Positions 17,039 to 25,024 of a DNA stretch of 43,735 nucleotides are shown one piece after another. Numbering within the stretch: position 1 is the first letter of the stretch; every line of letters begins with the position of its first letter. The stretch spans positions 1 through 43,735 of the forward strand of contig DAOURL010000001.1 of assembly GCA_030625165.1 (NCBI GenBank), in the 5' to 3' direction. Origin of the DNA: Methanosarcinales archaeon (GTDB lineage Archaea; Halobacteriota; Methanosarcinia; Methanosarcinales; Methanogasteraceae). The position numbers were made by a program, and so were the translations under genes. Under the pieces are notes generated by a model. It was not told where the DNA came from, searched no databases, and saw only the letters and a program-made list of their open reading frames with translations.

Positions 17039-18847
17039 ATGGAACAAACGGAACCGCGCATCGGAGTTTTTGTCTGTCACTGCGGCGTCAACATCGGAGG
17101 CTTTGTGGATGTGCCAGATGTGGTTCGGTACGTAAAGACACTGCCAAACGTGGTGCATGCGGATCGAAACCTCTATACCTGCGCTGATGATGGGCTTGCT
17201 GCTATCAGGGATGCCATAAAGGAGCGCGACCTGAATCGTGTGATCGTTGCTTCCTGTACTCCACGGACACACGCTCCACTATTCAAGAGAACATGTGAGG
17301 AGGCGGGTCTCAACAAGTACCTCTTCGAGTTTGTCAACATCAGAGAACACTGCTCATGGGTACACATGAAGGAGCCAGAGAAGGCAACAGAGAAGGCAAA
17401 GATGTTGATAGCGATGGGTGTGGCTAAAGCTGCTTTGCTTGAGCCACAGGAAGAAGAGAGAGTACCTGTGGAACCGAAAGCCCTTGTTCTGGGAGGTGGT
17501 GTTGCTGGTATGACTGCTGCCCTGAGCCTTGCAAACCAGGGATTTGAGACCTATCTTGTGGAAAAGGAAGACAAGTTAGGGGGCTTTGTCCGGAACCTCG
17601 ATACCCTGTATCAGACCGGAAAAGACGCTCTTGAGAGCATAACCCCCTTGATTGATAAGGTAACTGCAAATAAGAATATTCACATCCTCACCTCTTCAAC
17701 CCTCAAAGACGTGGAGGGTTACATCGGAAACTACGAGGTAACGATGGCGGGCAATGGTGGAGAGACCGTGGCGAAGGTTGGAGCCATCATCGTCGCTACC
17801 GGTGCAGAGGAGTACAAACCGGCAGGACTCTACGGATACGGCGAATACGAAAATGTCGTGACTCTAAAAGAGTTTGAGAGGATGGAGAAGGAGAAGACGC
17901 TTCCCGCAACAAAGAGCGTGGCATTTATCCAGTGCGCGGGCGCACGCGGGCAGGTACTCGAATACTGCTCGAGGATATGCTGTACAAACGCGATAAAGAG
18001 TGCGATGAAACTTGTGGGAACAGAGGCGCCCGAAACACTCCCGGAAGCCGGAAGAGTGGGCAGGAGGCGGAGGAGAAAAGCTGTGGCTTCCGCTCCACCA
18101 GAGGTAGAAGTCACCATCTTCAACAGGGGAATAACCACTTATGGGGTAGAGCACGAACTCATGTATAATAACGCAAGAGGGATGGGCATCAGGTTTGTTA
18201 AGTATACCCCGGAAAACCCACCAGAGGTCTCCAGGGAAGGGGACAGACTGGTAATATCCTACCACAATGAAACCCTGAAGACGGATCAGACGATGAGTCC
18301 GGACTTGATCGTTCTATCTACGCCCCTCGTCCAGATCCCTGAGGCAGAGGAGCTATCAAAGATGCTCAAGGTTCCTCTGGGAAGGGATAAGTTCTTCTTC
18401 GAAGCCCATGTTAAGTTGAGACCGCTCGATTTTGCAACAGACGGTATATATCTCTGCGGAACAGCCCACGCACCGGTCTTTATAGACGAGGCGATCTATC
18501 AGGCTTATGGTGCCGCGTCCAGAGCGTCCATACCACTTGCGAATGGCTACGTGCAGGCTGAGGCTATAACTGCTGTAGTGGATGAGGAGCGGTGTATCGG
18601 GTGCGGAAGCTGCGTCGATATATGCCCGTACCATGCCATCGAGCTCTCAGAAAAGGAGGTAATCCTCGAGGAGATAACCCTTGCAACAAGGAAATCCTCT
18701 GTCAATCCCGCCGTCTGCAAGGGCTGCGGTACCTGTGTTGTGACCTGCCCGGTTGGGGCTATCACACAGAGAAACTTTACAACCCCGCAGATAACGGCTG
18801 CGATCAAGGTGTTTGGCGGTGTTCCTGTGTCGCTGGGAGTATCATAA
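17039..18847 (+). CDS. hdrA: HdrA-like, A'' architecture (N-terminal Cys domain, FAD domain without inserted ferredoxin, C-terminal 2x[4Fe-4S])
   Basis: Contains IGVFVCHCGVNIGG, ASCTPRTHAPLF, IREHCSWVH, LVLGGGVAGMTAA, QCAGARG..YCSRICC, CIGCGSCVDICPYHA and CKGCGTCVVTCPVGA. Its ATG immediately follows the TAG of the upstream gene, in the same frame. Confidence 0.85.
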   Translation: MEQTEPRIGVFVCHCGVNIGGFVDVPDVVRYVKTLPNVVHADRNLYTCADDGLAAIRDAIKERDLNRVIVASCTPRTHAPLFKRTCEEAGLNKYLFEFVNIREHCSWVHMKEPEKATEKAKMLIAMGVAKAALLEPQEEERVPVEPKALVLGGGVAGMTAALSLANQGFETYLVEKEDKLGGFVRNLDTLYQTGKDALESITPLIDKVTANKNIHILTSSTLKDVEGYIGNYEVTMAGNGGETVAKVGAIIVATGAEEYKPAGLYGYGEYENVVTLKEFERMEKEKTLPATKSVAFIQCAGARGQVLEYCSRICCTNAIKSAMKLVGTEAPETLPEAGRVGRRRRRKAVASAPPEVEVTIFNRGITTYGVEHELMYNNARGMGIRFVKYTPENPPEVSREGDRLVISYHNETLKTDQTMSPDLIVLSTPLVQIPEAEELSKMLKVPLGRDKFFFEAHVKLRPLDFATDGIYLCGTAHAPVFIDEAIYQAYGAASRASIPLANGYVQAEAITAVVDEERCIGCGSCVDICPYHAIELSEKEVILEEITLATRKSSVNPAVCKGCGTCVVTCPVGAITQRNFTTPQITAAIKVFGGVPVSLGVS

Positions 18848-19159
18848 GGAGATCGATCTTTTCATCATGAAAAACGAGTGAAAACTGCCCTTCCGTAGCG
18901 GGTTGGCTGCCATCGGGTCGGAGATCGTTTTCGTTAGCGAGGAGCGAAGTAAAGGCGCTTCCAATAAACGAAATCTTTTAATAGTACCGTATCCGTTACA
19001 CTTCATAAGCGAACAGACAGGTGCTGATTATTCGTGTCTGACATACACAAACGTTGCATACGCAAACCAAACCAGAAGCGATCAGGTGTATTTAGCTATC
19101 CATCACTGCGTGTTGATTTCAGTATACTACTCACTTCAACATCACCAGGAGGTTATTAA

Positions 19160-19738
19160 ATGAACACAATAAAGGCAGCAGATTTCGATCCGAATTTCAA
19201 ATTCGAGATCGAGAAGGAACTTGGAGGAGAACATCTCACCAAATGTTTCAACTGCACCGGCTGTACGGTTGGCTGTCCGATCACTGAGATCGAGCCAACA
19301 TACAATCCGAGAAAAGCCATGAGAATGGCGATACTCGGGATGAAGAAGGAACTATTCGAGAGCGAGATCATGTGGCTCTGCGTCTCCTGTTATACCTGTT
19401 ATGACCAGTGTCCGCAGGACGTTCGGATCACCGATGTGTTAAACGCGATGAAGAACATCGCAGAGCGCGAGGAACGGATGGGGCATATCAAACTGGAGAG
19501 TGCAAAGCCAGCGTTCGACAAGGAGTTTGTGGACTCCATCAAGAGACATGGCGAGGTGTATGAAACAGGTGTTGTCATTGCCCAGATCGTGAAACATCAG
19601 GGTATCAAGCGATTGTTTGAATATACCTCGACAGGAATCTTCATGTTCAAAAAAGGAAAACTTTCGCTCATCCCAAAGAACATTAAGGGAATGAAACAGA
19701 TCAAGAATATATTCAGAGTTGTGAGGGGGGAAAAATGA
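19160..19738 (+). CDS. hdrC: HdrC-like 2x[4Fe-4S] subunit
   Basis: CFNCTGCTVGCP and CVSCYTCYDQCPQDV motifs. RBS aggagg before the ATG. Confidence 0.85.
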   Translation: MNTIKAADFDPNFKFEIEKELGGEHLTKCFNCTGCTVGCPITEIEPTYNPRKAMRMAILGMKKELFESEIMWLCVSCYTCYDQCPQDVRITDVLNAMKNIAEREERMGHIKLESAKPAFDKEFVDSIKRHGEVYETGVVIAQIVKHQGIKRLFEYTSTGIFMFKKGKLSLIPKNIKGMKQIKNIFRVVRGEK

Positions 19739-20604
19739 AGTTTTCATATTATCCAGGGTGTGTGATGCACGGAACCGCAGTTGAATTCGGGATGTCCACC
19801 CTGGCAACGTGCGGAACGCTCGGAATCGATATCGTCGAGATACCTGACTGGAACTGCTGCGGAGCGCTGGAGGTATACCCTGATATGTATCTCGAGCTTG
19901 CGTTATCTGCAAGAAATGCGGCTATTGCGGAAGAGACAGGTTTTCCGATGATGACTACCTGTGCGATCTGCTTCCATAATGTATCAAAGGCATATTTTGC
20001 TGTAAACGAGAGCGAAAAAGCAAAGGATATGATAAACGATGCGCTCGGGGATATGAAATACGAGGGAAAAGAGGCGATCAGGCATCTGCTCGATATCCTT
20101 GTATCCGATTATGGTCTTGAGAATATAACAGCAAAGGTCAAGAGATCGCTCGATGGACTAAAAGTAGCACCGTTCTACGGATGTTTGCTGGCAAGACCAA
20201 AGGAGATTGCACGGTTCGATGATCCTGAGAATCCGCAGTTTCTTGACAGACTGATCGATGCTCTCGGAGCTGAGTCGGTGCCATTCGAGCATAAGATGAA
20301 GTGCTGTGGAGGCTCGCTTTTGATGAGCAGGGAGGATCTTGCACATCACCTGTCAAGGGAGATTCTCGAGGAAGCGGTGAACGTCGGCGCAGACTGCCTT
20401 GTGATCACCTGCCCGATGTGCAATGTGCTTCTTGATCTCCAGCAGAAGGAGATCGAGAAACGATACGGCATCACGCTCAACATGCCTGTTCTCTATTTCA
20501 CGCAGTTGATCGGTCTTGCACTCGGACATAAGCCAAAGGAACTCGGACTGGACAAGAACATGGTATCGACTGCGAGCGTTACAAAAAAATTAGGAGTTGG
20601 TTAA
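19735..20604 (+). CDS. hdrB: HdrB-like subunit (two CCG domains)
   Basis: Contains NCCGALE, CAICFHN, KCCGGSL and CPMCNVLLD. ATGA overlap with hdrC. Confidence 0.85.
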   Translation: MKFSYYPGCVMHGTAVEFGMSTLATCGTLGIDIVEIPDWNCCGALEVYPDMYLELALSARNAAIAEETGFPMMTTCAICFHNVSKAYFAVNESEKAKDMINDALGDMKYEGKEAIRHLLDILVSDYGLENITAKVKRSLDGLKVAPFYGCLLARPKEIARFDDPENPQFLDRLIDALGAESVPFEHKMKCCGGSLLMSREDLAHHLSREILEEAVNVGADCLVITCPMCNVLLDLQQKEIEKRYGITLNMPVLYFTQLIGLALGHKPKELGLDKNMVSTASVTKKLGVG

Positions 20605-20605
20605 G

Positions 20606-23600
20606 ATGATCGGTGCAGTTGCAGTTATAGGAGGGGGGATTGCCGGAATACAGGCATCACTCGATCTCGCAGACAGCGGTTACAAGGTGTATGTAATCGA
20701 GAAGACCCCGAGTCTCGGCGGGATCATGGCACAGCTGGATAAGACCTTCCCGACACAGGATTGCTCGTTGTGCATTCTTTCGCCAAAACTGGTGGAGGCT
20801 GGCAGACATCCGAACATTGAACTTCTCACATACACCGAGGCACTCAAGGTAACAGGTTCTGCTGGCGACTTCAAGGTTACTGTTAAGAAGAAGGCGAGAT
20901 ACGTCGATCTGGATAAGTGCACAGGATGTGGATTGTGCGCTGAGAAATGTCCGAGCAAGGTACTATCCGAGTATGATGCAGGAATCGGCAAGAGAAAGGC
21001 GATCTACATCCCGTTTCCGCAGGCGATGCCGAGAGCGGCAACGATCGATGCCGAGCACTGTCTGTATCTGACGAAAGGGAAGTGCGGCGTCTGCAAGAAA
21101 GTCTGTGATGCAGGTGCGATCGATTACGAACAGAAGGATGAGATTGTCGATCTCAATGTCGGTGCTGTCATACTTGCATGTGGACTGGGTACGTTCGATC
21201 CATCGGTATTGACTCAGTACAAATCCGATCACCCAAACGTGGTCACTGCTCTCCAGATGGAGCGTCTGCTCAGTGCATCAGGACCGACTGGTGGTCATGT
21301 GGAACGCCCGAGCGATGGAAAGACCCCGAAGAAGATCGCTTACATCCAGTGCATCGGATCAAGGGATCAGCACAAGACCAACGAATACTGCTCCTCGGTC
21401 TGTTGCATGTATGCGGTCAAGCAATCGATTGTGGCGCTGGAACATGACCCCAATCTGGATATCACGATATTCAGCATCGATGTGCGCGCGGTCAGTAAGG
21501 GTTTCGAGGAACTGTATCAGAAAGCAAAGAATGAACTTGGCATCCGCTACATCATCTCAAGACCACCAGCAGTCTATGAAACAGATGGAGAATTATGGGT
21601 CAAGTATGAGGATGTGGAGGAGGGCGTGGTCAAGCGCATGGATCTTGACATGGTCATTCTTTCGGTCGGTCTCCAGATCACACCACCGGTCAGAGAACTA
21701 CTGGAATCATCCGGAATCGAACTCGATCGATTCGGGAATGTCGCAACCGCAGAAGAGTCTCCTGTTGAGACGAACATACCGGGCATATTTACGTGCGGCA
21801 CATTGCAGGATCCAAAGGACATTCCGACTTCGGTTGCACAGGCATCCGGAGCTGCTGCAATGGCACATGCCATGCTCACTCCCACGCGTGGAACGATGGT
21901 CACCGAGCTTACATATCCGGAAGAGAGGGATATCGGGGATACCCCAAGAGTTGGCGTCTTTGTGTGCCACTGCGGCATCAACATAGGAGGCGTGGTGGAT
22001 GTGCCAGCAGTCGCTGAATATGCAAAAACGCTTCCGAATGTTGTGTTTGCCGCCGATAACCTGTATATGTGTGCAAGCGATGCCCAGGAAATGCTAAAGG
22101 ATATGATCAGGGAGCATGACTTGAACCGGATTGTGGTTGCATCATGCACTCCAAGAACGCATGAACCGCTCTTCCAGACGACATGCAGGGAGGCAGGGTT
22201 AAATCCGTATCTCTTCGAACTCGCCAATATCAGGGAGCATTGCTCATGGGTTCACCAGAAGGAGCCTGAGCGCGCAACCGAGAAGGCAAAAAAGATCGTC
22301 AGGATGGCGGTTGCAAAAGCGAGTTTGTATGAACCGTTGTACAAGCAGGAGGTTCCGCTCATCCACAATGCAGTAGTCATTGGCGGCGGGGTTGCTGGCA
22401 TGTCCGCAGCAATCGAACTTGCTGAGATGGACTTCCCTGTAACCCTGATTGAGAGAGAAGCAGAACTTGGCGGACTGATGAGACGGGTCACAAAACTCCA
22501 TTACGGAAAGGATGCTGCTGATGTCGTTTCCGAACTTGATTCCAAGGTCAGGTCGCATTCAAACATAACGCTTCATACCCAGTCAAAACTTGCATCACTG
22601 GAAGGGTTCCTTGGAAACTTCAAGGGAACGATCGAAACGCCGGAAGGCGCTATTGAACATGAATTTGGGGTTGCGATCATCGCAACCGGTGGCATGGAAC
22701 TTGTGCCCGACGGATATTATGAGTACGGCAAACCAAACATCGTAACACAACTGGAACTTGAGGAGCGGTTGAAGAGCGGACTCGATGTCAAGAACGTGGT
22801 CATGATCCAGTGCGCTGGAGCCAGAAACGATGTCCGGAGATACTGTTCCAGAATCTGCTGCATCGAGGCTGTCAAGAATGCGATACGCATCAGACAGGAA
22901 AGCGATGCAAACGTATATGTTCTGTACAAGGATATGCGGACTTATGGACGATGGGAGGGCATGTACCAGTATGCAAGGGATCTCGGTGTTGTGTTCATAC
23001 GGAGACCTGATGACAAGGACCCGGTTGTTACGGATAACATGGTGCTCGTGCATGACATGCTACTCGGAAGGGATATCGAGATCGACACCGATCTCATCGT
23101 ACTGAGCGCGCCGCTCGTTGCGCCAGATGATGCAGAGGAGACTGCGATGATGTTCAAGGTTCCGCTCGATGCAAACAAGTTCTTCCTTGAGGCGCATGTG
23201 AAATTAAGACCGATTGATTTTGCTACCGAAGGAGTGTTTCTCTGCGGAAGCGCGCACGGTCCGAAGTTCATCGATGAAGCGATTGCTGATGGGGCTGCTG
23301 TGGCATCGAGAGCTGGCAGGATACTTGCAAGTCCGATGCTTGAGACCGAGGCGATCGCGATGGTGGTGGATGAAACAAAATGCATCGGATGCGGCAGGTG
23401 TGTCGAGGTATGTCCGTACGGTGCTCCAGCACTGCATGATGTCGAGGTTACCGTAGAAGAGGTCACGTACACGACAAAGAAGAGCGAGATCAACCCGGCA
23501 GCATGCAAGGGCTGCGGTACATGCGCAACAGGATGCCCGACAAGTGCGATTACTGCACAGCACTTCACGTTCGATTCCATAACTGCATCGATCAGGGCGT

Positions 23601-23719
23601 TTGGTGGCATCAGCGGTAATGGCGATGGGACTGGTGTTATTACTGCAACTAAGACTGCCAGCGATGTGACAGCTGAGGCTACTGAAACATCTGTTGAGGC
23701 GGCTTCGGAAGTGGCATAG
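20606..23719 (+). CDS. hdrA: Fused tandem HdrA (A' module, linker, A'' module), 1037 aa from the ATG
   Basis: The N-terminal half (to about 21880) is collinear with the 15737-17038 product (VIGGGIAGIQASLDLA, TFPTQDCSLCILSPK, CTGCGLCAEKCP, CGVCKKVCDAGA, QCIGSRD..CSSVCC). The C-terminal half (from about 21940) is collinear with the 17039-18847 and 5787-7466 products (VGVFVCHCGINIGG ... CIGCGRCVEVCPYGA, CKGCGTCATGCPTSA). The tracked TTG at 20597 is less likely than the ATG at 20606. TAG stop. Confidence 0.9.
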   Translation: MIGAVAVIGGGIAGIQASLDLADSGYKVYVIEKTPSLGGIMAQLDKTFPTQDCSLCILSPKLVEAGRHPNIELLTYTEALKVTGSAGDFKVTVKKKARYVDLDKCTGCGLCAEKCPSKVLSEYDAGIGKRKAIYIPFPQAMPRAATIDAEHCLYLTKGKCGVCKKVCDAGAIDYEQKDEIVDLNVGAVILACGLGTFDPSVLTQYKSDHPNVVTALQMERLLSASGPTGGHVERPSDGKTPKKIAYIQCIGSRDQHKTNEYCSSVCCMYAVKQSIVALEHDPNLDITIFSIDVRAVSKGFEELYQKAKNELGIRYIISRPPAVYETDGELWVKYEDVEEGVVKRMDLDMVILSVGLQITPPVRELLESSGIELDRFGNVATAEESPVETNIPGIFTCGTLQDPKDIPTSVAQASGAAAMAHAMLTPTRGTMVTELTYPEERDIGDTPRVGVFVCHCGINIGGVVDVPAVAEYAKTLPNVVFAADNLYMCASDAQEMLKDMIREHDLNRIVVASCTPRTHEPLFQTTCREAGLNPYLFELANIREHCSWVHQKEPERATEKAKKIVRMAVAKASLYEPLYKQEVPLIHNAVVIGGGVAGMSAAIELAEMDFPVTLIEREAELGGLMRRVTKLHYGKDAADVVSELDSKVRSHSNITLHTQSKLASLEGFLGNFKGTIETPEGAIEHEFGVAIIATGGMELVPDGYYEYGKPNIVTQLELEERLKSGLDVKNVVMIQCAGARNDVRRYCSRICCIEAVKNAIRIRQESDANVYVLYKDMRTYGRWEGMYQYARDLGVVFIRRPDDKDPVVTDNMVLVHDMLLGRDIEIDTDLIVLSAPLVAPDDAEETAMMFKVPLDANKFFLEAHVKLRPIDFATEGVFLCGSAHGPKFIDEAIADGAAVASRAGRILASPMLETEAIAMVVDETKCIGCGRCVEVCPYGAPALHDVEVTVEEVTYTTKKSEINPAACKGCGTCATGCPTSAITAQHFTFDSITASIRAFGGISGNGDGTGVITATKTASDVTAEATETSVEAASEVA

Positions 23720-23747
23720 GTAAATCGAGGTGATGAGACGGATCAAA

Positions 23748-23792
23748 GGGCTTGAATCTCCGGGAGGGAGGTTTGAGCCCACTGCTATTTTT
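23748..23792 (+). terminator. Hairpin plus T5 tract after the fused hdrA
   Basis: GGGCTTGAATCTCC (23748-23761) pairs over 14 positions with GGAGGTTTGAGCCC (23767-23780), counting three G-U pairs in the plus-strand RNA. A 5-nt loop separates them, and ttttt follows at 23788-23792. Confidence 0.5.
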
Positions 23793-23843
23793 ATCTTATT
23801 ATTTGAGAGATGCAGGCATCTGTCAGCGGCGATCTTCGGTACC

Positions 23844-24788
23844 TCATACGATCTTCTCAATCGTTCTGATGAACTCATCATTCCTGACATAGTTCATGTC
23901 GATACCAAGTTCCTGCGGCGTATATCCCATACCAAGCCCAAGTAGTTGCGAATAATGAATGATTGGCATAACACCCCGCCCTTGCGGGCGGTGGTGTCGA
24001 TGGGTCGCTCTTGGCGATCCATTATTGAAAATATCTCCGAACTTCTTTTCAATATCGATCTGACCAGCATCCATCTGTAGATGGCAGAACGGGCATGAAT
24101 CCACGATGCAGTCAGCGCCGGCATCCCGCGCATGTTCGAGTTTGGCTCTGGTAAAGAGGAGAGACGTATCAAGATCTACAGTCCGCACACCGCCGCCCGC
24201 GCCGCAACATGCATTCTTATCCTTGTACGGAACAGATGTTGCTCCTGTAGCCTCAACAAGTTCATCAAAGAATCTCGGGTTCTCGACACTGCCGAGATGC
24301 CGCTCCTTCGATGGTTTGATCAGATGACAGCCGTAATGCACAGCAACCTTGAGATCGACAGGATACCTGACCGATTCTTTAACCTTCCGGACGCCGATAT
24401 CATCATGCAGATACTCCATGATGTGACGCGCCCGTATCGTACCTTTAAACTCACGTCCGATCTCTGCAAGTGCTTTGTTAACCTCGTTTCGAAGTTCCGG
24501 ATTCTCTTTCAACCTATTGTTTGCATCCGCCAGTGATCCGAAGCAGCCATTGCATACCGTGAGAATATCCACACCCATCTCTTCTGATAACACAATGTTT
24601 CCGGACGCGATTGCAAGCTATATGAGTTCATCGAATGATCTGAAAACTCCAGGTGCCGGACAGCATGATGCTCTTTTGAGTTCCATCAGATGCACGCCGA
24701 GTTCCTCCATCACGAGCTTGGTGGCTTTCTCGATGCCAGGATATCGATTCGGCGCGATGCATCCGAGGAAGAATGATAGTTCGCTCAT
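23844..24788 (-). pseudogene. hdrB: Disrupted hdrB paralog (in-frame TAG and an 18-codon palindromic-element insertion)
   Basis: [20 protein letters not shown]...[16 protein letters not shown], then TAG at 24618-24620, then LAIASGNIVLSEEMGVDILTVCNGCFGSL...ACCGAGGG...CPFCHLQMD, all in one frame. The TAG aligns with Trp in the 11334-12230 paralog. An extra NGSPRATHRHHRPQGRGV sits between FGDIFN and MPIIHYSQLLGL. Confidence 0.7.
23959..24024 (-). repeat. Two-hairpin palindromic element, copy A (in-frame inside hdrB)
   Basis: Read on the minus strand: AATAATG GATCGCCAAGAGCGACC CATCGACACCA CCGCCCGCAAGGGCGG GGTGTTAT. Hairpins are GGATCGC/GCGACCC and CCGCCC/GGGCGG, with a closing stem ATAAT/GTTAT. 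Confidence 0.8.
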
Positions 24789-24850
24789 GATTGGTAATGC
24801 CCTGCCCTTGTGGGCAGTGGTATCGATGGATCGCTCTTGGCGATCCATTA
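24787..24850 (-). repeat. Two-hairpin palindromic element, copy B (immediately 5' of the hdrB start codon)
   Basis: Read on the minus strand: GGTAATG GATCGCCAAGAGCGATCC ATCGATACCA CTGCCCACAAGGGCAG G CATTACC, then aatc ATG. The layout is the same as copy A, and a compensatory C-G to U-A change occurs in the second hairpin. Confidence 0.8.
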
Positions 24851-25024
24851 CCAGAGATCGAGATGTTCAATGGTTCGTCCCACATTTCAGATTTGCCCTG
24901 GATATACTAGTCCGACTCGCGTTCTGCCATCGCGCGCTCTGGCGCATCCTGTGCAGTAAGCACAGAATCAGTTTTGACACCGGATTATCTGAATGTCATG
25001 CCAAGATCGCTGACCCTGATGATA

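Noticed and set aside
14388-17272. Long minus-strand ORFs (14388-15413, 341 aa; 16151-17272, 373 aa) antisense to the hdr genes
   Set aside because: The plus-strand frames carry dense, unmistakable Fe-S, FAD and CCG motifs. The antisense products are low-complexity (R/S/H/L-rich) with no motif. They are typical shadow ORFs of GC-balanced coding DNA. The same reasoning applies to 21273-21986, 21574-22227, 22942-23610, 23204-23890, 25127-25798, 36221-36865, 36714-37397 and the many 60-150 aa overlaps.
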